A DNA stretch of 64,000 bases from a virus. The DNA lies in IMG/VR virus record IMGVR_UViG_3300042526_000402, positions 32,001 to 96,000 of that record; one strand, written 5' to 3'. A model generated the notes under the pieces. It was not told where the DNA came from and ran no database searches. It saw nothing but the letters and a program-made list of their open reading frames with translations. A program made the translations under genes and the position numbers. Of this stretch, positions 1-6,899 are shown in pieces; within the stretch, counting starts at the first letter, position 1, and each line of letters opens with the position of its first letter.

Positions 1-393
1 ATATTAAGTTGTTCTGTAGGAAAGATTATTTATCTGTTCAGCATTATGCACAATGCTACTATGTTGTCTCCACCGTGTGTAGCATTGGCACTTTGCTATT
101 GGTAATCAAGCAGTTATATTTTTATAATTCTTGTGAAAGTGTGAGTGATTGTGGTAAAAGGTGTCATACTCCTTCACTATATTAACAGTTCAGCATGCTT
201 GCAAAATGTAGTAAATACCTGACTATTAAGAATAATATAGCTAGAACATGACTAAACAGTACCTTGTAGACAACATATTAAGAGTGTCTATACATATATT
301 AATCAGTATTACTATTACTATTAGTGTTATCTGCTTTAAGACAGTAATTACTTCCGGAAACTCTCTAAAATCTATAATCTAAATAATATAATC

Positions 394-600
394 ATGAAAA
401 CTTACAAAATTTATTGGTCAGTAGACCAAAGAACAGGTGATAACCTTATTAAAGCTACTTCAGAAGAATTAGCTATTGCAGAATTTAAATCTGCTTATCC
501 TAATAAACTTGTTGAACAAATAATAAACTGTTCAACACAAGAATATCAGCTTGCTTATGATAATGAGCAATTTGATTCTAATGGTAGAAGAAAATTCTAA
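394..600 (+). CDS. hypothetical early protein
   Basis: 68-aa ORF with ATG start and A-rich leader, followed by a terminator. Confidence 0.75.
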   Translation: MKTYKIYWSVDQRTGDNLIKATSEELAIAEFKSAYPNKLVEQIINCSTQEYQLAYDNEQFDSNGRRKF

Positions 601-620
601 GGGGTAGAAATACCCCTTTT
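599..620 (+). terminator. intrinsic terminator
   Basis: AAGGGGTA-GAAA-TACCCCTT hairpin running into T residues. Confidence 0.65.
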
Positions 621-629
621 ATAAAATAA

Positions 630-640
630 TAATCTCAAAA
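630..640 (+). promoter_or_regulatory. TAATCTCAAAA leader motif, copy upstream of ORF 651
   Basis: Exact copies at 630, 1484 and 4366, one-mismatch copy at 2295; each starts 21-22 nt before an ATG. Confidence 0.55.
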
Positions 641-650
641 ACTAAAAACC

Positions 651-1028
651 ATGACTAATTTATTATGGTGTTCTGCTCATACACCAACAAAAGAGCAAAT
701 GGAATCACTGAATTCAATGGGACGTGTAATATTCTTGAAAGATATTAACACAACTATACAAGATAAAATAAATAACTGCTCTTCTGATAGAAGTGAGTTA
801 ATGGATCTTGCCCAAGAATTAAATAAAATAAGACTTGACCTTGACTGTACAATAGTGCAATTAGGTGGCTCACCGATGTTCTTGTATATTGCTGGAGCTA
901 GTATTAATAGCTGTTTATCAAAACAAGCATTAATATTTGCTCACTCAGAAAGAGTATCAGTAGATATACCACAAGAAGACGGAACTGTAGTGAAAACCAG
1001 TGTGTTTAAACACATTGGTTGGATCTAA
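651..1028 (+). CDS. Csx20-like protein, candidate cyclic-oligoadenylate ring nuclease
   Basis: N-terminal H-x-x-T-x-E-Q, central VQLGG and C-terminal AHSERVSVDIPQEDGTVVKTSVFKH match the Csx20 pattern as I recall it; 125 aa fits. Confidence 0.6.
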   Translation: MTNLLWCSAHTPTKEQMESLNSMGRVIFLKDINTTIQDKINNCSSDRSELMDLAQELNKIRLDLDCTIVQLGGSPMFLYIAGASINSCLSKQALIFAHSERVSVDIPQEDGTVVKTSVFKHIGWI

Positions 1029-1035
1029 TAAAATA

Positions 1036-1146
1036 CTCTGTAATATCAGTTGTAATACCTGAATAATGGTCACATCAAAAGCATGTAGGTATATATCAAT
1101 ATTACATTGATTGAAGTATCATGCTATTACAACTGAGTGCAGAGGG
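1036..1146 (+). ncRNA. structured element E1
   Basis: CTCTGTA/TGCAGAG and 12-bp TCAGTTGTAATA(1046-1057)/TATTACAACTGA(1125-1136) stems, with inner stems AGCATG/CATGCT and ATCAAT/ATTGAT; shares a 16-mer with E2. Confidence 0.6.
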
Positions 1147-1156
1147 ATTATTAAAA

Positions 1157-1257
1157 GGTTAATAGCAGTCCTTAAATGCTAGATGCAGTGGATAAGCAGT
1201 TTAAACCACTAGGGATACCGTAAATCGGTCAAGGAAAGGTAGACTCCTTATAAGCTA
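1157..1257 (+). ncRNA. cloverleaf-like structured RNA T1
   Basis: Weak closing stem GGTTAAT/ATAAGCT enclosing four hairpins: AGCA/TGCT, AGTGG/CCACT, ACCG/CGGT and AAGGA/TCCTT. Confidence 0.4.
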
Positions 1258-1274
1258 CTTTAATAAAATGTACC

Positions 1275-1371
1275 ATTCTCACTTCCCAAGGGTGAGCAGT
1301 TGTAGTGAACATTGTGCAGTGCTTTTAGTAGCTAAGCTAAATCACTTCATTACAACTGAGTGCAAGGGAAT
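1275..1371 (+). ncRNA. structured element E2
   Basis: CTCAC/GTGAG hairpin, then 13-bp CAGTTGTAGTGAA(1297-1309)/TTCATTACAACTG(1346-1358), then AGTGCAAGGGAA. Confidence 0.6.
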
Positions 1372-1372
1372 T

Positions 1373-1463
1373 ACTCTTGTCCAAGCAGGATTAATATACT
1401 ACCTATCTGATCATAATATCAGACTATAGGATGTATATCAGGGATTGCAACCCTGCAAGAGTA
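1373..1463 (+). ncRNA. tRNA-like RNA T2
   Basis: 7-bp ACTCTTG/CAAGAGT stem directly stacked on a 5-bp/7-nt arm (CAGGG-ATTGCAA-CCCTG); long central arm; no canonical anticodon loop or CCA. Confidence 0.55.
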
Positions 1464-1483
1464 CTAATTAATAATCTAAATAA

Positions 1484-1494
1484 TAATCTCAAAA
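1484..1494 (+). promoter_or_regulatory. TAATCTCAAAA leader motif, copy upstream of ORF 1505
   Basis: Exact copy, 21 nt before ATG 1505. Confidence 0.55.
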
Positions 1495-1504
1495 TTTAAA
1501 CCTT

Positions 1505-2260
1505 ATGAAAATTCATTTAAACTCTAGAAATGGTGTGTATACTGTAAAGTCTTACAATAATACATACATATATTTAGTAACTAAGCATTATGAAATGCGT
1601 GTACCATGCAGTGACTTTAAAGCATTTGCTGGTGGTAATCATAACTTTAGCATTAATACAGAAGAAACAGATAAGTTTCTTGCTACTGTTAATCCATCAA
1701 TGTTTCAGCATCAAGCAAAGATGACTGAAAATATTATAGAAGCTGTCAAAGCTTTATCTACTAAACAAATAGAGTTAGATGATAAAGAAGAAATTGATGA
1801 AGCTGATAACATACAATATGAAAATTGGTATTATCAGAAATCGGAAGAGTTAGCTAAGTATAAAGACAAGATCCGCAAGACTGCATCTGATGTGTATAAA
1901 CAAAAATTAGACTTTAGTGATCTTCAAATTCATGATGGTATCAAGTTTATCATACAAGCTAAGCATGATGAAACAGACTTTAGATTCTGTTTTGATCCAT
2001 TTGGATTTGTAGATAACTTTCATAGTTCAATCAGTAATATATACCGTGAAATTGGTTATGGTACTATTAATGGTGGTTGGATTAAAGTAATAAACAAAAA
2101 TGTTATTCTATACTACAAGTCTGGTGACTATGGTGTGTATGATGATATCATTGCTATAGAAGCAGCAAAGAAATTGTTCCCGAATCATAATATCAGCTCA
2201 TATGCTGGTAGACAGTGGGATAATGAATTGAATGTAAAATATGATGATTTACCTTTCTGA
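1505..2260 (+). CDS. protein with a C-terminal Janus/Ocnus (phosphohistidine phosphatase PHPT1)-like domain and a DDLPF tail
   Basis: GIKFII...FHSSI...GGWIKV...LYYKSGDYG...KKLFPNHNI follows the PHPT1 motif order. Confidence 0.5.
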   Translation: MKIHLNSRNGVYTVKSYNNTYIYLVTKHYEMRVPCSDFKAFAGGNHNFSINTEETDKFLATVNPSMFQHQAKMTENIIEAVKALSTKQIELDDKEEIDEADNIQYENWYYQKSEELAKYKDKIRKTASDVYKQKLDFSDLQIHDGIKFIIQAKHDETDFRFCFDPFGFVDNFHSSISNIYREIGYGTINGGWIKVINKNVILYYKSGDYGVYDDIIAIEAAKKLFPNHNISSYAGRQWDNELNVKYDDLPF

Positions 2261-2316
2261 TATGAGTGAGCAATAATAAGCTCACTCATTTTATTAATCT
2301 TAAAAACCAAATCAAA

Positions 2317-2520
2317 ATGAAAACAATTAAGTATGTAATGTCTATTAGTCTAGGATTAATAGCATTAATCTTTGTAGAAGCAATATTCACATTTGGTAAT
2401 GCTTTTATAATAAGTAACTACAACCTGTTTGGTTGGGTAATTCAAGCTATAGTAATAACATTCACTGTCAGTGCTTCAGTTATTATTTGTAATAACCTGA
2501 TAAATGAAAGTGAGTTATGA
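2317..2520 (+). CDS. small two-TM membrane protein
   Basis: Two hydrophobic stretches; ATG 2317 preferred over 2266 because it sits 22 nt after the leader motif. Confidence 0.7.
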   Translation: MKTIKYVMSISLGLIALIFVEAIFTFGNAFIISNYNLFGWVIQAIVITFTVSASVIICNNLINESEL

Positions 2521-2792
2521 AGAATTACTACTGGACTATGAAGAATGGTCAAAAGATAAATATTGATGATATGGATATAAATCATTTGAGAAATAGTCTC
2601 AAATTGATTGTAAGATCTATGAATAATATTGAAGCTGAGTTAGCTAAAAGAAAAGCTAAAAGACAGTTCAGTGGAGGTGAACTAATGTCTGAAGATGCTG
2701 ATAAAGCTATGTTATATGGAATATCTCCTGAATTAACATGTGAGTGTGATGAAGTACACACATGTCAACAGTGTTTAATGAATGATTTTTAA
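2517..2792 (+). CDS. hypothetical protein
   Basis: ATGA overlap with upstream gene; C-terminal Cys cluster. Confidence 0.7.
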   Translation: MKNYYWTMKNGQKINIDDMDINHLRNSLKLIVRSMNNIEAELAKRKAKRQFSGGELMSEDADKAMLYGISPELTCECDEVHTCQQCLMNDF

Positions 2793-3036
2793 AACAAATA
2801 GTATGAGTAAAATAATTTTTATGTGGTGGCTCCTTAATGGAACCATCACTCCTGCGGGAAAACATGAAGACCACAAGTTATATACTGTGTGGTTTTCTGA
2901 TGGCAAAGTTGCAGACTATGCCTATAAAGGAGAAGTAATGAATTATATTAAAACAGGTAAGTTTGAGTATGATGAATCTCTTGAATTAAAAGATGATGAA
3001 ATACTTGATGAAGAAGTATTTTACAGTAAAAATTAA
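2782..3036 (+). CDS. hypothetical protein
   Basis: ORF in a tightly packed cluster; start may be slightly downstream. Confidence 0.65.
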   Translation: MIFKTNSMSKIIFMWWLLNGTITPAGKHEDHKLYTVWFSDGKVADYAYKGEVMNYIKTGKFEYDESLELKDDEILDEEVFYSKN

Positions 3037-3048
3037 AAACTAAAAGTT

Positions 3049-3234
3049 ATGATTGCTAAAAGAAAAAAACAAATTGAAAAGGTAGAGGTTACAAAATTTG
3101 TAGCCTCTTTACCAGGTTATGAAGATTTTGATTATAAACCAATTATGAAAATACATAGCTGGTTTTGGAAAAGAAGTAGTACTGATTATAAAACTCATGA
3201 ACAATGGAAGAAGCAGAGATTAAGTATAGGTTAA
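3049..3234 (+). CDS. hypothetical protein
   Basis: 61-aa ORF with A-rich leader. Confidence 0.6.
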   Translation: MIAKRKKQIEKVEVTKFVASLPGYEDFDYKPIMKIHSWFWKRSSTDYKTHEQWKKQRLSIG

Positions 3235-3449
3235 ACAGCATTGTATTGTATATGCATCATGTTGATAGAAGTGATACTCCAATTGAATTAAAAAGGGAAA
3301 AGTTAAATGAATTGGAAAGGGAGAAATTATTTCTTGAATGCATACTAGATCATAGAAAACAAAATAAGTTGATTAAAGAAATTGCAATAACATCTGTTGC
3401 AATAATGGTAGGTTTTGTATTATTTTACTTAATAATATTTTATGGGTAA
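3204..3449 (+). CDS. hypothetical protein with C-terminal TM helix
   Basis: Coiled-coil-like segment plus hydrophobic C-terminus. Confidence 0.65.
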   Translation: MEEAEIKYRLNSIVLYMHHVDRSDTPIELKREKLNELEREKLFLECILDHRKQNKLIKEIAITSVAIMVGFVLFYLIIFYG

Positions 3450-3867
3450 TGAACAAATCAGTTTTATGGTATCCTTAAATAGAGATAGCATAGCAATTCT
3501 TATGGACAATATAATCAATAGTAATAACAATTATGCTAAAAGGAAGTTAATAGATGTTTTAAAACATGTTATTATTTCAGACAGTACTTTGTGTAATACT
3601 CTTGTGGATATTGCTATAGGAAAAGAACTCCCGGTAGAAATCAAAGTGGGTACAACTGTAAAGATTGATCCAGACAATACGGGTTGGTTATCATCTGAAG
3701 ACAAAGCTATACTTCAAGATAACACAACAGAAAGTGAAATTTATGGTCTAGTAAAACAGTTTGTTGGCTACCATAGTTATTCAAACTATATAATAGCTTT
3801 TAAAGGAAATAAAGAAATATCTTTACCAAGTAAAGCTATTACATCTGTAAAAGATGTAGTGATATAA
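3442..3867 (+). CDS. hypothetical protein
   Basis: 141-aa ORF overlapping the previous gene. Confidence 0.75.
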   Translation: MGNEQISFMVSLNRDSIAILMDNIINSNNNYAKRKLIDVLKHVIISDSTLCNTLVDIAIGKELPVEIKVGTTVKIDPDNTGWLSSEDKAILQDNTTESEIYGLVKQFVGYHSYSNYIIAFKGNKEISLPSKAITSVKDVVI

Positions 3868-3906
3868 TATTCTGTCCTGTGTGGACGCTTTTCCAGGTTA
3901 ATAGTA

Positions 3907-3929
3907 TGAGAGAGTTAATAGCTCTCTCA
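3907..3929. terminator. intergenic hairpin, possible terminator
   Basis: TGAGAGAGT-TAATA-GCTCTCTCA; weak U-tract. Confidence 0.35.
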
Positions 3930-4019
3930 ATATTGTTAGCTATATAATGCCATATTTATTCAGCTAATTGATACCAGTTGTTTATTAATGTGATATTTTT
4001 ACTGCACATTAGAAAACAG

Positions 4020-4280
4020 ATGTTATACCAGTTGCCAAACGGAAAAGTAATTAATATCTCAATTGATCAGTTTTTAGATATGACTGATCATGATATTCAG
4101 TATCTAATGTCCATCAATGGCGGAGATTATTGTAGCAATCCATTTACAGAATCAGCATGTATAGACAATATCAAAGAAAAAGTATATGACTTTGACTATG
4201 TGCCTGATGATGATAATGATGACAATAATGATTTACCATTTGATGATATCATAGACCTATCAGAAGGTTTGGATTTATAA
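4020..4280 (+). CDS. hypothetical protein with acidic tail
   Basis: MLYQLPNGKVINISI...; ATG 4020 preferred over TTG 3978. Confidence 0.75.
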   Translation: MLYQLPNGKVINISIDQFLDMTDHDIQYLMSINGGDYCSNPFTESACIDNIKEKVYDFDYVPDDDNDDNNDLPFDDIIDLSEGLDL

Positions 4281-4365
4281 GTGCAATCATGCATTTATCA
4301 CTTACTGCACTATGAGTAATGGTGTCAGTATAGTATTCTATTTACTCACAATCAATTTTATTTAT

Positions 4366-4376
4366 TAATCTCAAAA
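4366..4376 (+). promoter_or_regulatory. TAATCTCAAAA leader motif, copy upstream of ORF 4388
   Basis: Exact copy, 22 nt before ATG 4388. Confidence 0.55.
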
Positions 4377-4387
4377 AACTTAAAGAG

Positions 4388-4885
4388 ATGAGCACAAAAG
4401 TTAAAGTTGTAGCAGATGCTACTACAGGATTGGTTATTAATCAATCAGCAAACCCATTATTTGGTTATGTTAGAGTAACTCAAATGAGAACAATAATTGA
4501 TGACAACTCATTCATGAAAAAGAAAGAGTTCTCTGCACTTATTCATGGTGATATTGAAGAATTAAAATCTGAAAACTATTATGAAGGTCAGGAATTACCT
4601 GGCTCAATCATAGCTGAAGAGTCTTTAGAGCCTTTTAGTAAAAAAGGTCCTAATAAGCCAAAAACAGCTGGTGATACAAATGTAGTATGTACATTGGGTG
4701 GTTTTCCAATCTACAGAAGAACTAAATACACAACTAAAGTAGGTGCAGAAGATATCTTGATAGCACATGACAACAAAGCAGAAGTTAAAGCTGCTTATGC
4801 TGCTGCAGAAGCTGCTAAAGCTAAAACAAAAACAATGCAACCAAATACTGAGTTTGACAATTCATCAGAAGAATTTGGTTTATAG
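4388..4885 (+). CDS. beta-rich protein with acidic-aromatic tail, possibly ssDNA-binding
   Basis: 165 aa ending SSEEFGL, with its own terminator; function is inference only. Confidence 0.45.
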   Translation: MSTKVKVVADATTGLVINQSANPLFGYVRVTQMRTIIDDNSFMKKKEFSALIHGDIEELKSENYYEGQELPGSIIAEESLEPFSKKGPNKPKTAGDTNVVCTLGGFPIYRRTKYTTKVGAEDILIAHDNKAEVKAAYAAAEAAKAKTKTMQPNTEFDNSSEEFGL

Positions 4886-4894
4886 TGAATAACA

Positions 4895-5383
4895 ATGAGC
4901 CTGTTACGGCAGGCTCTATTTTATGATTTAAAAATGTATATGATTATGGAAAAGCTAAAACAAGACATCAAAGATTATATGGCAAAACCTGTGAAATATC
5001 AGGATTTTGAACAAGATAAGTATAGTACTTATCAAAACTATTTGTATAAAAGAGCTCTATATGGTTTAGACTCACTATCAGTAGATGAGTTGAATAGTAT
5101 GTGCAGTAAGAAAAGGTCCCGCATAGTCAATGTGTATAACAGAGCACAAATAGTGGTAAACAACTACAAGCACAAGGTAACCAAGCAGTTAACTGATAAG
5201 TTATTATCATCACTATTTCCTAAAAGTTCACTTATAAGTGAAATCATTAGGTATGATGACATAGATTCTAAATGTAAAAACACACTTACATTCAAAGATC
5301 TGTCAATACACAAGGATCAGTTAGTTGACCAGTTTATCTTGGAAGGTGTACTACCTAAAAATTTCTTATCTTTGGAAAAATAA
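4895..5383 (+). CDS. hypothetical protein; true start probably downstream of the terminator (about 4934-4946)
   Basis: ORF track; the first codons overlap the terminator hairpin. Confidence 0.7.
   Translation: MSLLRQALFYDLKMYMIMEKLKQDIKDYMAKPVKYQDFEQDKYSTYQNYLYKRALYGLDSLSVDELNSMCSKKRSRIVNVYNRAQIVVNNYKHKVTKQLTDKLLSSLFPKSSLISEIIRYDDIDSKCKNTLTFKDLSIHKDQLVDQFILEGVLPKNFLSLEK
4897..4923 (+). terminator. intrinsic terminator
   Basis: GAGCCTGT-TACG-GCAGGCTC followed by TATTTT. Confidence 0.6.
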
Positions 5384-5392
5384 AAAAAACCA

Positions 5393-5602
5393 ATGTCAAG
5401 ACAAAATGATTATAAACCAGCCTTTGCATCAGTAGAGGCTGGTTACCTTCAATTAGGTATGTCCAAAAAAGAATATGTTATTAATACAGTTACACAAGGC
5501 TTATTAGCTGATGGTAAGTGGAAAGGTATTGAAGAAGGATTTGCTGATAGAATAAACGCAATAACCGAAACAGTATTAAATCTGATGGATGAAAAAGCTT
5601 AA
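5393..5602 (+). CDS. hypothetical protein
   Basis: 69-aa ORF. Confidence 0.7.
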   Translation: MSRQNDYKPAFASVEAGYLQLGMSKKEYVINTVTQGLLADGKWKGIEEGFADRINAITETVLNLMDEKA

Positions 5603-5981
5603 AGTTTGTAGTGCCTGTCAAGAAGAAAAAGTTATCTGGAAAAATCATGAAGGTAACAAACTTTGTCAATACTGTTGGAACAAAGTCAAATCAGATGACC
5701 CTGAGTATAAGAATGTTATTCCTAAAATATCTGACAAGAAAAAGAAACAAGATGCTGAGTATTTAAAACTCCGGTATAAGTTCCTTAGTGATAACACCAT
5801 GTGTAAGGTTAGTGTTGCAGGTTGTTCAATCAAAGCAAGTGATGTTCACCATACATATGCAGGAGCTAACAGAGATGCATTCTATTTAGTACAAAGTACT
5901 TGGTTACCTGTATGTAGAAATTGTCATGACTGGATACACACACATCCAGAAGAAGCAAGAGTTATGAACTGGTTGAAATAA
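5589..5981 (+). CDS. Zn-finger/HNH-like endonuclease
   Basis: CxxC pairs, DVHH and CRNCHDWIH motifs. Confidence 0.6.
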   Translation: MKKLKVCSACQEEKVIWKNHEGNKLCQYCWNKVKSDDPEYKNVIPKISDKKKKQDAEYLKLRYKFLSDNTMCKVSVAGCSIKASDVHHTYAGANRDAFYLVQSTWLPVCRNCHDWIHTHPEEARVMNWLK

Positions 5982-5989
5982 TTAAAACT

Positions 5990-6895
5990 ATGACTGAAAA
6001 AGAACAATTTAAAATAATTCAAGATAAGCTAAAGATTGCTAACAAAAGAACAGTAAAGCAAATATTAGCACATAAAGAGCTTTGCGAGGATATTATAAAA
6101 AGAGATGTGATATCTGAACATGAGCTGGTGGAGGAATATGAGATTCCTCAGAACCATTTGAAAAATTTAAAAACACAAGGTAAAATATCCTTTTTTACTT
6201 CTTCAGGTGAACTGAATAAAACTAACCGTGGAACTAAAGTATATTATTTTGTAGATGATGTGAAAGATTTGTTTGGATATAATATCCGCTACAATAAATC
6301 TTTTATGTTGAAAAATAACATATTTAGTAAACTTATTGTAGATATTTCAAGTAAACTTCTTACAGAAAAAGAAACTAAAATGTTAGATATGCTTCTTAGA
6401 AAAAACATTTCTATTGAAGAAATTGCTGAAGAATTTTCTCTTAGTAAGTTAAGAACTAATGAAATTGTTTCAAAAGCTGCTAGAAGAATGATTGGTAGAA
6501 TATATAACCTTCAATGCATGTTTGCTGATTATAATACAGCTCTTGATTATAAAACTGAAAATATATTACTTAAACAACAAAATAAAGAATTATACCGTAA
6601 GTTTTTAAGAAACCAAGAAGATCAAGCAAATAAAGATGCTGATTCTAATCCAATTGTTCAATATTTTATTAAAAATGGATATGATATTAAAGACTTAACT
6701 AAAGAGTTTTTGTTTCATGAACACTTATCTGTAAGAGCTGTTGGATGTTTAAGAGCAGCTGATATTAATAACATTGAGGAGTTACTTTCTTATCATAAGT
6801 CTGATCTTTTAAAATTTAGAAATATGGGTAAGAAAACTTTAGATGAAATTTGTTATTGGTTGGAATATAAGTATGACTTACAATTAAAAAATTAA
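5990..6895 (+). CDS. transcription factor: N-terminal HTH + sigma70 region-4-like HTH + RNA polymerase alpha-CTD-like domain
   Basis: LTEKE...SIEEIAEEFSLSKLRTNEIVSKAARRM (sigma4-like); LSVRAVGCLRAADI...DLLKFRNMGKKTLDEI (alpha-CTD). Confidence 0.75.
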   Translation: MTEKEQFKIIQDKLKIANKRTVKQILAHKELCEDIIKRDVISEHELVEEYEIPQNHLKNLKTQGKISFFTSSGELNKTNRGTKVYYFVDDVKDLFGYNIRYNKSFMLKNNIFSKLIVDISSKLLTEKETKMLDMLLRKNISIEEIAEEFSLSKLRTNEIVSKAARRMIGRIYNLQCMFADYNTALDYKTENILLKQQNKELYRKFLRNQEDQANKDADSNPIVQYFIKNGYDIKDLTKEFLFHEHLSVRAVGCLRAADINNIEELLSYHKSDLLKFRNMGKKTLDEICYWLEYKYDLQLKN

Positions 6896-6899
6896 AGTT

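Noticed and set aside
1-393. ORF-free left end with a 9-bp stem (CAATGCTAC/GTAGCATTG) and other weak inverted repeats; possible origin, terminal region or ncRNA
   Set aside because: No repeat or recognisable motif supports a call, and the context is cut by the window edge
1120-1371. Hammerhead or HDV-like ribozyme assignment for E1/E2
   Set aside because: No CUGAnGA/GAAA core, and I could not build the HDV P1/P1.1 pairings; left unassigned
1373-1466. Calling T2 a functional decoding tRNA
   Set aside because: No 7-nt anticodon loop, non-canonical T-loop and D-arm, no CCA
1030-1470. Mini CRISPR array next to the Csx20-like gene
   Set aside because: Only two copies of a 16-mer 223 bp apart, each pairing with a distant upstream arm; no repeat-spacer periodicity
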